From: Methanomassiliicoccaceae archaeon
Lineage (GTDB): Archaea; Thermoplasmatota; Thermoplasmata; Methanomassiliicoccales; Methanomassiliicoccaceae
Length of the DNA: 64,000 bases
Assembly: GCA_040776945.1 (NCBI GenBank)
Contig: JAXGZN010000002.1
Span: 480,001 to 544,000 of the forward strand
Reading direction: 5' to 3'
Shown: positions 50,039 to 60,160 of the stretch, in pieces
Numbering within the stretch: position 1 is the first letter of the stretch
Layout of the letters: the number at the start of each line of letters is the position of its first letter
Program-made: the position numbers and the translations under genes
Notes under the pieces: generated by a model
Databases searched by the model: none
Told to the model about the DNA's origin: nothing
The model's input: the letters and a program-made list of their open reading frames with translations, nothing else

Positions 50039-51802
50039 TCAGCCACATGTATCGCATTGCATCGCCCCCTCCTCGCTATGGACAAAGCGTCCGCATACCG
50101 GGCAGCATCTCCTGTTCCTTGTTGAGGTGAGCACCTGATCGGGTCTCGACCCCTCTCGATATACAGTAATTCCCTTGCATCCCCTGCGGTGCGCATGGAT
50201 GAAAATGTGCCTAACGTCCGCCCAGGTTGCAGAAGCAGAGAGGTTGATGGTCTTGGATACAGCATTGTCGACATGCCTCTGGAAGGCCGCCTGCATATCT
50301 ATCTGGTCACCTGGCGGGATATCATGGGCTGTAAGAAAGACCTGTCTGACGTCCGACGGCACATCCTTCAAGCCCTGGATCGACCGTGTGCCAGCTATCT
50401 TCTCCAACAGCTCAGGGGATAGGAAGCCCCCCTTTCTGGCCGCCTCCTTGAAGAGGGGCAGCACCTCGTACAGGCGTTGTCCCTCAAGCGCGCGCCGAGA
50501 ATAGGAAACGGCGTAATAAGGCTCGATCCCAGATGAACAGCCGGCGATCAAGCTGATCGTACCGGTAGGGGCTATGGAGAGCAAGGTGGCGTTCCTTCGT
50601 GGCCCTTTGATGATCGAAGCATCGATGCTGGGGAAGCTCCCCCTGGACTCAGCTATGGTCCGCGAGGTGCGTTCCGCCCTCTCTCGAATGAAGGCCATAA
50701 GCTTGTCTGCCAACCGCAGTGATGCTGAGCTGCCGTAAGGAAGACCCATCCTTACCAGAAGGTCCGCGAACCCCATTATTCCGAGACCTATCTTGCGATT
50801 CATCTTAACGACCTCGGCGGTTTGGACAAGAGGAAAGCGGTTGGCATCGATGACATTGTCCAGGAACCTGATGCCCAGGTCCACCGTTCTCGCCAAATGG
50901 TCCCAATCCACTTTTCCATCAGATGCCATGCGGTCGAGGTTCACCGAGCCGAGGTTGCAGGCCTCGAACGGCAGCAGAGGCACTTCCCCACAAGGGTTGG
51001 TCGCATCTATGTTCCCTTGTTCTGGTGTAGGGTTGTCCCGGTTCACCGTGTCGATGAACAACGCTCCCGGGTCTCCGACCCTCCAGGCAGATGTGGCCAT
51101 CCTTTCTAGGATATAGGACGCTGAGATCGTTCGGACCTTCGTTCCATCGCGAGGGTTCACCAGATCATATCCTTCACCGTGCGCTGCGCGGTCCATGAAA
51201 TCGTCGGTCACCGCCACCGATAGATTGAAGTTCGACAGGGAGGAGAGGTCCTCCTTGACGCCAATGAACCGCTCGATGTCCGGATGGTCGACCCTCAGGA
51301 CGCCCATGTTCGCTCCTCGTCTCCGGCCTCCCTGCTTAATGGAATTGGTCGCGGCGTCGAAGACCGTCATGAACGATACCGGGCCGGAAGCGACCCCGCC
51401 AGTTGAACGGACGATGTCCCCCTCCGGCCGCAGGTTGGAGAAGGAGAAACCGACCCCGCCCCCTGTCTGTTGGACGATCGCCCCGTATTTTATCGCATCA
51501 TAGATGCTCTCTATGGAGTCCCCGACAGGTATCACGAAGCATGCCGATAGCTGCTGTATGCTGGTGCCGGCGTTCATCAGCGTCGGTGAGTTCGGAAGGA
51601 ACTCCAACGAGCGCATCGCCTGGAAGAACTCCTCCTCTTCGTTCCCGCGATCGCCATACAGCTCGTTCACCGCCGCGACATTGGATGCTACACGACGGAA
51701 CATCTGCTCTGGCGTTTCTATGGTCTGGCCGTTCTCATCCTTCATTAGATATCTCTTCTCCAGAATGAGCATCGCATTTGGCGAGAACGAAGGCGGCCGC
51801 AT
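50039..51802 (-). CDS. nrdJ: Adenosylcobalamin-dependent class II ribonucleotide reductase
   Basis: PNSPTLMNAG, LSACF, QGGRRRGANM, TNPCGE, APTGTIS, SKTIN, KGITVYR. Confidence 0.93.
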   Translation of the reverse strand: MRPPSFSPNAMLILEKRYLMKDENGQTIETPEQMFRRVASNVAAVNELYGDRGNEEEEFFQAMRSLEFLPNSPTLMNAGTSIQQLSACFVIPVGDSIESIYDAIKYGAIVQQTGGGVGFSFSNLRPEGDIVRSTGGVASGPVSFMTVFDAATNSIKQGGRRRGANMGVLRVDHPDIERFIGVKEDLSSLSNFNLSVAVTDDFMDRAAHGEGYDLVNPRDGTKVRTISASYILERMATSAWRVGDPGALFIDTVNRDNPTPEQGNIDATNPCGEVPLLPFEACNLGSVNLDRMASDGKVDWDHLARTVDLGIRFLDNVIDANRFPLVQTAEVVKMNRKIGLGIMGFADLLVRMGLPYGSSASLRLADKLMAFIRERAERTSRTIAESRGSFPSIDASIIKGPRRNATLLSIAPTGTISLIAGCSSGIEPYYAVSYSRRALEGQRLYEVLPLFKEAARKGGFLSPELLEKIAGTRSIQGLKDVPSDVRQVFLTAHDIPPGDQIDMQAAFQRHVDNAVSKTINLSASATWADVRHIFIHAHRRGCKGITVYREGSRPDQVLTSTRNRRCCPVCGRFVHSEEGAMQCDTCG

Positions 51803-52064
51803 GTGGTCAAGAATATGTTTGGAGGGCTAAATCCCTTGCCTGCCGTCGTTCGCCGCCCCTCATTATTCAGCAAGGAAAGAGGTAAGACCGTGGACCGGCC
51901 AAAGAGGTAATTAAAGAAAATGGCGAACAACACAACGATCGGAGACCATCCTGGGCAAATGGTCAAAGACCGTTAGCAAGGGGGCGGAAAAAGGGAGGCG
52001 ACGACAGGTCTTAACCGCTCAGCGGTGGTCATTGGACGATCGCAAGCTCTTCGGACCTTTTCGA

Positions 52065-52955
52065 TCACTCGGTCCTTTGCAGCACGCCTCGGGAGTACCA
52101 TGCTCTGGCAACCTTCCTTACCTTCAGTTCCATTCGAAGGTCCGCCGAGGACAGATTGCCTTGGTCCGTGATGATGTGGGAGAACAGCTCCAAGGGGGTG
52201 CTCTCGAACATCTGTACATGCTCTGTGAGCCTCACTCCGAGCCCATTGGTCGTTACTGATAGGTCTGACAGGACGACCGGGCAGATCTTGCTCCAGCCGC
52301 ATACTGCGTAGGCCTCCAGGTCGTGAACTCTGGCCGCTTCGGCCAGAGCCCTTGTCCCGACCTTGTTCACAAGGCCAAAGGGAGTGACGGAATCCGCCCC
52401 TACGATGGCCCCATCGAGGTGTTCCATTCGGGCGAAGACCGTTGAATCGTAAATTACCTCGGCCTCCATCCCCTGGTCAGCCAGCAGTTTTGCGAACTGA
52501 CGTCCCTCTCCTCCTGGCGATGACTCGGCCACGCTGACCCTCAGTCTCCGGTTCTTTGACATGCTCTTGAGCACCTGGGCCACCGTTGAGGAGTGCGAGG
52601 TGGTCATGAACCACCGCCCCTTGAGGATGCGCGAGGCATGCTCAGCGATCCGAGCCGCGCTCTTCCTTTCCCTCTCCATGGACTCCATCAGCGTCTGGCG
52701 GAGCGACCCGGCGCCCTTGTTCCCCTGTTCCATCATAAGCATGATGGTGTTGGCGATGTTGAAAACAGGTGCGATGCTTGGCCTCGCCTTATAGATGCCG
52801 ATGGAGAAATCCTCCCAATCCGAGGCCGGTATGGCAGAGAGATCCTGCTCCGATATCGATAACAGACTGTTGAGGATCGATGCATGCATCTCCGATGCGC
52901 CGGAGGAGGTATCTTCCGCCAAGGTCTCCGTTATCTCAGAAAGGCGGGGGTCCAT
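52065..52955 (-). CDS. eIF-2B alpha/delta-like protein (IF-2B family)
   Basis: SGA, RPS, T.SHSSTV, ES.PGGEG, VGAD, NKVGT, FESTP, IITD.G. Confidence 0.85.
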   Translation of the reverse strand: MDPRLSEITETLAEDTSSGASEMHASILNSLLSISEQDLSAIPASDWEDFSIGIYKARPSIAPVFNIANTIMLMMEQGNKGAGSLRQTLMESMERERKSAARIAEHASRILKGRWFMTTSHSSTVAQVLKSMSKNRRLRVSVAESSPGGEGRQFAKLLADQGMEAEVIYDSTVFARMEHLDGAIVGADSVTPFGLVNKVGTRALAEAARVHDLEAYAVCGWSKICPVVLSDLSVTTNGLGVRLTEHVQMFESTPLELFSHIITDQGNLSSADLRMELKVRKVARAWYSRGVLQRTE

Positions 52956-53078
52956 GGCTACTGTATATTTAATTCGACATATAATCGTTGGCCAAATGGC
53001 GGTTCAGCCATAGGTGCGCATGGATATCAGAAGGATGCATAATAAAAAGAAGAAGGTTGGTTTGGTAGGCCGTTCTCT

Positions 53079-53552
53079 CTAGGCGTAACTGGACACGACC
53101 TCGTCGGATATGTGCTCGAGCATCTCAAGCTTCTGAGGATAATGATTGCGGGGGTCCAGACTTATTATCAAGTTGCTGCCATCCTCATTGACCTTGCCGG
53201 TGGCCCTTGCCAGAACGTTGAGCACAGGCCGGAACCCGTTCCACATCTCCAGCACATCCAGGCCGTTCAATACAATGATCCCATCTTTGTTATCCTTCAG
53301 GAAGGTATTGATGTACTTCTCGAACGCCTGAAGGTTCATCGGCGGTATGCATTCTGGATTGGGCCTCGTGCTGAGCCACATGGTCTCCAGCATATGCTCA
53401 TCAAAGTCCAACTGGCTTCTCAGCAGGCGCGGCGGATTCTTTGAGATATAGAGAGCCTTTCGGCCTTTGTCCAACTCCTTCCTCAGGACCTGATGGGTCC
53501 TCAACGGCACGCGCTCCTCGAACAGGTAGAACTTCCCCTTCGATAGTTTCAT
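53079..53552 (-). CDS. DUF835 domain protein
   Basis: LYISKNPP, WLS, VLNGLDVL...NGF, SLDP; GGAGGG SD. Confidence 0.82.
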   Translation of the reverse strand: MKLSKGKFYLFEERVPLRTHQVLRKELDKGRKALYISKNPPRLLRSQLDFDEHMLETMWLSTRPNPECIPPMNLQAFEKYINTFLKDNKDGIIVLNGLDVLEMWNGFRPVLNVLARATGKVNEDGSNLIISLDPRNHYPQKLEMLEHISDEVVSSYA

Positions 53553-53818
53553 CTTATGCCCTCCTTTTCCGAACCAATTCCATGAGAGCTTGTGAATATT
53601 AGTCTGTTGCCCGTTGGTGATTATCAAAAAGTGATAATAACGCCGCAAAAAAAGCGTACTTTTGGTAATTAATGATGTACACATTCTTACTGGATAGTTA
53701 GAAATTCATGACGGAGGTTATATTACTTGATGCTATTGATAATGATAATATACTGGGATCATAGGAAATACTGGATGGACCAGTGAAGAAAGAGCAGAAA
53801 AAAAATGGACGGAAAATG

Positions 53819-54119
53819 TGTCAGGTGAGGGTAGTAGGCCCCCTTCTGTTTCAGGCAGCATTCAACTAAGCACCCTACCCGTCGGTCCTGAGCTGTCATC
53901 CCGACTGTTTGGGCTTGCTCCAGTGGGGAGTCGCCGTTTCACCAATTCCATGGCCAACGTCACTGCCGAGCAGATCACCCTCGGCCATGGCTGTGTCGTT
54001 TCTGCGCCCTTGCCCTGGCTCTCACCAGATCGCTTGCGCGATCCACCTTTCTCGCGGAGGGGGGACCTTCCTCAGCTGGGTCGAAGACCCTACCGTCGGC
54101 CGCCCTCCCTCTCCTGACA
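53819..54119 (-). ncRNA. rnpB: Archaeal RNase P RNA
   Basis: Reverse complement contains GAGGAAGGTCCCCCC and AACAGAAGGGGGCCTAC (P4) with complementary ends (P1); about 300 nt. Confidence 0.93.
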
Positions 54120-54723
54120 GCCTTTCCAAGGTCAAAGATGTATAATAACGTTCTTCCCTTTTCAGGCCATCATTATTGTATTATATGATGCATATAATAT
54201 CCGCTGAAAGAGCGTATGACAGACAATTGTCAGACATTTCACTCAAATTATTACACTATTAGTCGGACGTTTTTCAGCGCAATTATATATGTACAGATTA
54301 ATACACATGATAAGTAAAATAAAGGTTCGCCTCGTTCCTTTTTCGATGTCATCCTTAAATGCCGTCCGTTCGACTCGGACCCTCGGCAGGAGGAAGGCTA
54401 GTTACAGGCATCGGACGAACATCCTCGTCATTTGCTATCGGGCGCGTGATGCTCCCTAGGCCGTCGACGTCATCATGGGGACATGAGCACCTCTCGGACC
54501 GTGGCCGAATGGTCATTCCGCTTTCCACTTTACCGACCTAATTACCTTGTCCCTCCCTATGGAGAAAGCATCTCCCGGCGCGCACTGTATCGCATGAGCG
54601 ATGCCCAGTCCACAGAGGACCCATCGGTAATACCGGTCACAGGCCATGCGCCCGTTGCAGAGACCTGCATTTCCAGAACATGAGAGAACTGTGGAGAGCA
54701 CCGATCGGAGAAGACGTGAATAG

Positions 54724-54807
54724 TGCAGGGGGTGCGATTTGAACGCACGGACCACTAAGGACTAGACCCTCAATCTAGCGCCGTTGGCCAAGCTTGGCTA
54801 CCCCTGC
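54724..54807 (-). tRNA. tRNA-Leu(GAG)
   Basis: GCAGGGG acceptor, CTAGA-TTGAGGG-TCTAG anticodon arm, long variable arm, GTTCAAATC. Confidence 0.95.
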
Positions 54808-54927
54808 GTTTAGGCCACCTTATATTGGCACCGAATATAAAGATTGTCCTGGGATGCGATACCGACCCCTCCTCCAATCAGCCGGCGGCAGCAGTTCGGA
54901 CCGGCACCCAGGACATCAATGGGCCCT

Positions 54928-55332
54928 CTATATCAGCCTCTTTCCAGCGTTCGCGCCAGATGAACAGTCGAACACATCGGTGATCTTGAACACCAGGAGA
55001 GAACGGCACTTCAGCTCGGCCTTCCTTGAGCTGACCATCTCCTTCATTTTTTCATATTCAGAGCCACTGTCCACGACCTTCACATCGCCCTTCAGCTTCA
55101 GGCACCCCTTGACGCCTTGTGTCCAGACATAGAGCGAGGCCCTGGGGTTCTCCTTCAGGTTCTTCAACGTGGTGTCCATGAACTGATTGCCTATCCAAAT
55201 GGTCTCAGGGTCGATGAGGAAGACGGATCCGACGGGAACGACGTTCGGCTCTCCGTTCTTGGATGCGGTTGCCAGGGGGAAGTGTTTGGTAGCTTTCAGC
55301 AGTTCTTCCATTTCAGAGGTGAGCTTTGCCAT
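54928..55332 (-). CDS. Pyridoxamine 5'-phosphate oxidase-like FMN-binding protein
   Basis: LATASKNGEPNVVP, TLKNLKENP, LKG. Confidence 0.88.
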   Translation of the reverse strand: MAKLTSEMEELLKATKHFPLATASKNGEPNVVPVGSVFLIDPETIWIGNQFMDTTLKNLKENPRASLYVWTQGVKGCLKLKGDVKVVDSGSEYEKMKEMVSSRKAELKCRSLLVFKITDVFDCSSGANAGKRLI

Positions 55333-55454
55333 GAACTTGAATCGGCCTTCTGATTATTTACAATTGACCACTGAGCGGAGTCCAACCGCAATTCTACGGG
55401 GAAGTGAGGAAAATAGGGGATATACTCATAATGGGGGTCCGATAATGATGGACC

Positions 55455-56582
55455 ATGGACGCGCAGGAGTTATCGGCACTTTTCCCGCCAATCGACCGAG
55501 CGTGGCTGGAGCGTGCGCGGAAGCGGTTCGCCAGTCCTTTCATGGGCACTAAGTTCGACCGCATCGCCGTCGATCCGATGATGCTCTCACACGCTGCGGT
55601 GGTCTGCGGCTTTACCATAGGCGACTTCTATAAGCAGCCTGAATTGGGAGCGTCGTGCGTCGCCTATGCTTCCCAGCTCTATGATCTGCTGCCTGTTACC
55701 CATTGGTACTTCTCACTTCCTTGGATCAGCGAGCTCGGTGGAGAGCTTCGCTATACGGACCTGTTGCCGCCGACCGTTTCCAACATCGTTGTGAAGACCC
55801 CCGAGGACGTCGATCTCGTGGAGGTACCCGGGATCGAGGAGATCCGAAAGGGCTGGACCTATAGTCAGATGACCAGGTCCAACGATTTCATCAAGGAGAA
55901 CATCCCGGAGATGTTCGTGCCCATAGCGTCGGTCTCCGACCTGCCCGGCTCTGCCGGTCAGCTATGCGGGGTGGAAACGTTCATAATGTGGACCCTGACC
56001 GAGCCGGACCTCGCCCATAAGCTCACCGCGAAGTATACCGAGACCGCAATAGAAGGAACAGGGGCGATAGCTGACCGCTATGGGATGGCAATGATATCCA
56101 CAGGATCGGTCCTTGGGAACAATGACATATTCAGCGATCAGGCGGTGCTCGATTATTCTGCCAAATACCTCCGAAAGCTTGTGGAGGGAGCTTTCCGCAA
56201 GGGTGCTGGCCCCCAGCTGTTCTACCATATGTGCGGAAACCATGAGACCGATTACAAAGTGTTCAAGGACGTGGTCATTTGGTCCCCCTTCACCATCATC
56301 CAGCTTGGGTACAAAGGGCGGGACGTGTTCCCTGCGGACGAGATGGCCAAAGAGTTCGGACAGCTCGCCACCGTCATGGGCTCGGTGGACACAAGGCTAA
56401 TGATAGATCCAAATCCTCGGGCGGTTTACGAACAGGCCAGCAGGCAGATAGTGGCCGGTCGGGACAGCCCCAACGGCTTCATACTCGGGACGGCCTGCGA
56501 GACCCCGCCTTACACCATACCTGGCAACATCTATGCCTTGGTGCAGGCGACAAAGGACCATGGAACATACGGTCATTGGTGA
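55455..56582 (+). CDS. URO-D/MtaA-family Zn methyltransferase
   Basis: AGQLCGVE, YHMCG, GTACETP motifs. Confidence 0.82.
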   Translation: MDAQELSALFPPIDRAWLERARKRFASPFMGTKFDRIAVDPMMLSHAAVVCGFTIGDFYKQPELGASCVAYASQLYDLLPVTHWYFSLPWISELGGELRYTDLLPPTVSNIVVKTPEDVDLVEVPGIEEIRKGWTYSQMTRSNDFIKENIPEMFVPIASVSDLPGSAGQLCGVETFIMWTLTEPDLAHKLTAKYTETAIEGTGAIADRYGMAMISTGSVLGNNDIFSDQAVLDYSAKYLRKLVEGAFRKGAGPQLFYHMCGNHETDYKVFKDVVIWSPFTIIQLGYKGRDVFPADEMAKEFGQLATVMGSVDTRLMIDPNPRAVYEQASRQIVAGRDSPNGFILGTACETPPYTIPGNIYALVQATKDHGTYGHW

Positions 56583-56903
56583 GATCTGGTTCCCTTTAAC
56601 TGTCGAAGTGAGACCATCGTGAGATGGGGTCAAGGAACATGACAGGCCGTTCCTCATGCCGCCCTTAAGGTAGAAATGCGGAAAGGCGGCCAACGGTGGG
56701 GGCAGAATGCCTGGCTCCTTCCATTCTTCTCGGACCGCCGATCCAGAAGGACCTTTCACCGGCCCATCTGCCGCTATTCGGACCAGGACGAGCAATCGCG
56801 TTGATAAATAGCATGACCACAATAAGGATTCAGTGGCCGGACAGATCGTGACGTTCGTAACGGTCGATCGGACGCCGGCCTTTGCGAAGACCGAGATGGA
56901 GAC

Positions 56904-57050
56904 ATGAACACAAACAGGATCAATACGGAGTGCGATAAGTGCGGAGCCAAGTTCGAGACCTTGTATGAGCTGGATGAACACATGGAAGATGTTCACGGCG
57001 ATCTAATGCGGAAGCGGGCGATCCCGCGGAAGAAGCCTAGGAAGAAGTGA
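56904..57050 (+). CDS. 48-aa C2H2 zinc-finger microprotein
   Basis: CDKCGAKFETLYELDEHMEDVH plus basic tail; GGAGA SD; downstream terminator. Confidence 0.8.
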   Translation: MNTNRINTECDKCGAKFETLYELDEHMEDVHGDLMRKRAIPRKKPRKK

Positions 57051-57057
57051 CCTTTCC

Positions 57058-57093
57058 GATCGGCGGCATTTGCCGGCCGATCCTTTTGGTTTT
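57058..57093 (+). terminator. Terminator after the zinc-finger gene
   Basis: GATCGGCGGC-ATTT-GCCGGCCGATC hairpin followed by CTTTTGGTTTT. Confidence 0.65.
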
Positions 57094-57215
57094 AACGGCG
57101 ATCTCAGGATCGCGCTTAATGACCTTGTTCTTGTCAGTGAGGGGTACGGAAGCTCTAAGTCTCAGGTTATGGGAGCAGGCTCCATCAACAAAAATAAAAT
57201 ATACATAATCATCAT

Positions 57216-57623
57216 ATGGTGATTATGGTGATATATGTGCCTTCGATGGCTACGCAACCAAGCTTGATCGAGAGCTGGTCTTTAGCCGACCTAAGATGCA
57301 ATGTCTATGAGGGGGAGAGGCAGCGATCAAGGTCTGTCGAGAGAGACCGGCCTCCTTTCTCAACATGGGAGGGCGCCGGCTGGCTGACCTCGGAACAAGT
57401 AGGTCTCGGCGCAAGGGAACGCATAGACTGGACCCGATCGGTCATCGGCGCCTCGGTGGCGGCCGCGGGAGGCCTGTGGTTGATGGCGATCCTGAAGTTC
57501 GACGTGCCTTGGATCTCGGTGCTCCCCCTGCTCCTAATGCTCGCTGGTAGCTTTATTATCGCCGCATCCCTTAACCCGGCATCAGCTAACGGGATGACCG
57601 CCAATGACCGATGTGACCATTAG
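57216..57623 (+). CDS. Small two-TM membrane protein (start uncertain, probably downstream)
   Basis: Two hydrophobic helices in the C-terminal half; overlaps the next gene. Confidence 0.5.
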   Translation: MVIMVIYVPSMATQPSLIESWSLADLRCNVYEGERQRSRSVERDRPPFSTWEGAGWLTSEQVGLGARERIDWTRSVIGASVAAAGGLWLMAILKFDVPWISVLPLLLMLAGSFIIAASLNPASANGMTANDRCDH

Positions 57624-57987
57624 AGGGATCGATGACGAGACGTACTCAAGGTTCGCGGCTGAGGCCAAGCGGCGTGGGGTCTCCATCGGGGAGCTGACCA
57701 CCCAGGCCATGAGCTCGTTCATCGCGGCGGACACTGGCCCAAGCTACCGCATAGGGGACATCGACGCGCTGACCGTCTCTCGTTCGGACCTTGAGTCCCT
57801 GGAGGGACCGGTGACACTTGAAAACATAGACATGCTTGAGTTCGACGGAACGGTCGATTGGCCCACCTTCAGTCAAAAGGTGAAAAGGATCGAGAACGTG
57901 GACCTTCTTGTACTGTCGAAGGGCCTGTCCAAGTTCCAAGTCCTTACAAAGAGCAAGAACGTGTCCCTCATTCGTTCGAAAAAGTGA
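57604..57987 (+). CDS. Ribbon-helix-helix DNA-binding domain protein
   Basis: VTIRGIDDETY..F..EAKRRGVSIGEL RHH pattern. Confidence 0.7.
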   Translation: MTDVTIRGIDDETYSRFAAEAKRRGVSIGELTTQAMSSFIAADTGPSYRIGDIDALTVSRSDLESLEGPVTLENIDMLEFDGTVDWPTFSQKVKRIENVDLLVLSKGLSKFQVLTKSKNVSLIRSKK

Positions 57988-58014
57988 CCATCCGTTCCTT
58001 GATAGAGCGAAGGC

Positions 58015-58464
58015 TCATCGCCAAGGATAGTGCTTGGCCCTCTTGTCGGCCCATTTCTCTATACCATGCTCGCGGATCATCTGGTGGTTATGCTCGATGG
58101 TCTTGCCATGGAATCTTTTCAGGGCCGCGAGCTTCATGCAGGTCGCGCTGCTCTCGCATTCCCAGCAGCCTCGGAAGCCCTTCTGCTTCACGCAGTCTCG
58201 GACTATGCACACCTTCTTGCCGCCTCCGGTGGCGCAAGGACCCTTGCATTCAATGGCCTCTATCTCGTCCAACACCCTTATGAATATGGGGTAGTCAAGC
58301 AGCTTGCCGTAGGCCTGGGAACGGAGGTATGCATATTGATCGAACTGTACCTCGTCAAGCGCCTTCTTCAGCTCTTCGACCGCCAGGAACACCCGCTTGT
58401 CATGGGGAATGCAATCGCCGCAGTAGAGGCCGCAATAGGAGGTCCGAGCGTTGGGATCCGACAT
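58015..58464 (-). CDS. DUF3795 Cys-rich protein
   Basis: YCGLYCGDC, CKGPC, C..RDC...KG..GCWEC. Confidence 0.85.
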   Translation of the reverse strand: MSDPNARTSYCGLYCGDCIPHDKRVFLAVEELKKALDEVQFDQYAYLRSQAYGKLLDYPIFIRVLDEIEAIECKGPCATGGGKKVCIVRDCVKQKGFRGCWECESSATCMKLAALKRFHGKTIEHNHQMIREHGIEKWADKRAKHYPWR

Positions 58465-58524
58465 GGTAATCGGTCCCCCGAGCTTCGCTTCGGCGTTTGA
58501 AGCTTTCGCACTCAGCTCGCCGTT

Positions 58525-60015
58525 CTAAGAGGGTGGCGGGCCGACCAGCGCCCTTTGGGGCAATGGGCATGAAGGGCCGGAGGGCGGGCCTTTGTTCCAG
58601 TCTCGGGAACTGAGCTCGATCCCCCACTCCGACAGAAAGGTATCCAGCCACCAATAGAGGTCGTGCTCCTTCACCACCTTGCGGAGGGCGTGCACGTTCC
58701 TTTCCCGTTCCTCCGTGGTCATGGTCAGTGCTTTAAGTATAGCTCTGGCGCTCATCTCGACATCATACGGGTTCACTATAAGGGCGGCGTTCATCTCCTC
58801 GCTCGCGCCGGCGAACTCGCTGAGGATGAGCACACCCTGATCGTTGAGGGTGATGTACTCCTTGGCCACCAGGTTCATCCCGTCGATGACCGGAGTGATC
58901 ATCGCAACATCGGCCATGATGTAATATGCCATCAGCTCCTCCTGGGGAACAAAGCGGTTCATGTATATTATCGGCGTCCAATTGGGCTGCTGGAACCTGC
59001 CGTTGACCCTGCCCACGGTCTCCTCGACCTGCCTTTTCATCTCACGGTACTCGCTGATGACCTCCCTTGTAGGCGATGCCACTTGGATGAAGGAGACCTT
59101 GCCGACGAACTTCGGATTGCTTTCCAGGAAGCGCTCGAATGCAAGGAAGCGGTTGAGGATCCCCTTCGTATAGTCCAACCTGTCAACGGCGAAGATCACA
59201 TGCGGGATGTCCATCCTCTTCCGCATCCTTGCCGCCCTTTTACGCAATCTCTCGTCCCGGCCCCGGGACGAATAGGCCTCATAGTCGATGCCCAGGGGAA
59301 AGGACTTGGCTCGCGTCACCCGTCCATTGAGCTCGACCGCGGATGAGGTCACGACCGCTTCCGGGAGCTCCCTCTTGACGGTGGACAAAAAATTGTTGAC
59401 ATATGCTGACGAATGAAAGCCAATGAGGTCACAGCCCAGGAGCCCCATGATAAGTTCCTTCCGCCAAGGGATGCATGCAAACGTCTCCACTGCCGGGAAG
59501 GGCACATGCCAGAAGAGAGCTATGCTCACCTCTGGGCGCTCCTCGCGGACCAGGCGTGGCACCAGGCAGTAGTGAATGTCCTGGATCCAAAGCCGACCAT
59601 CGTGCTCCAGCTCTTCGACCGCCGCGGCGGCGAACTTGGCGTTGACCTTCTTGTAGGTCTCCCAATATTCCTTTTCGAACAAGGCGTTCTCCTGAAACAT
59701 ATGGCACACCGGCCAGATGACCCGATTGCTGAAACCGTAGTAGTAGTCGGCAACCTCCTTGGTGGTCAACCAGATCCTTCTAAGTGTATATCTGGGGTCC
59801 TCGACCGGCACTTGGATCCTACCCTCGGGACCGGAGGTCTCCATATCCGCACTGCCGCTTCCCCAGGCGATCCAGGTGCCGCCCGTCATCCGCATGACGG
59901 GATCAAGGGCTGCGACCAGGCCTCCGGCAGGAACTCGGCACTTTATGCCCCGTTTGCTTCGCTCATGGACATAAGGCTCTCTATTGGACATCAGTACGAT
60001 CCTGTTGCTGCCCAT
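58525..60015 (-). CDS. otsA: Trehalose-6-phosphate synthase (GT20)
   Basis: SNREP, GGLV.AL, WHVPFP, DRLDYTKG, DGMNLVAKEY, LSEFAGA, VNPYD. Confidence 0.93.
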   Translation of the reverse strand: MGSNRIVLMSNREPYVHERSKRGIKCRVPAGGLVAALDPVMRMTGGTWIAWGSGSADMETSGPEGRIQVPVEDPRYTLRRIWLTTKEVADYYYGFSNRVIWPVCHMFQENALFEKEYWETYKKVNAKFAAAAVEELEHDGRLWIQDIHYCLVPRLVREERPEVSIALFWHVPFPAVETFACIPWRKELIMGLLGCDLIGFHSSAYVNNFLSTVKRELPEAVVTSSAVELNGRVTRAKSFPLGIDYEAYSSRGRDERLRKRAARMRKRMDIPHVIFAVDRLDYTKGILNRFLAFERFLESNPKFVGKVSFIQVASPTREVISEYREMKRQVEETVGRVNGRFQQPNWTPIIYMNRFVPQEELMAYYIMADVAMITPVIDGMNLVAKEYITLNDQGVLILSEFAGASEEMNAALIVNPYDVEMSARAILKALTMTTEERERNVHALRKVVKEHDLYWWLDTFLSEWGIELSSRDWNKGPPSGPSCPLPQRALVGPPPS

Positions 60016-60160
60016 TCAACCCAGATAAATAGACCAGCCACCTGTATTTAAGTTAGGGGACATGGCCAAGCACCAAAACGGCGGTCATCAGCTAAGGATT
60101 ATCCGGTGTGATAATCGATAAGCAATGTTGATATGGGCAAAATAGGTCGAGAGGGTAAAG

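Noticed and set aside
51803-52064. Cobalamin riboswitch upstream of nrdJ
   Set aside because: No B12-box consensus is recognisable
4805-54807. tRNA-anchored integrated element
   Set aside because: No integrase or duplicated tRNA 3' end was seen, and the intervening genes are core functions
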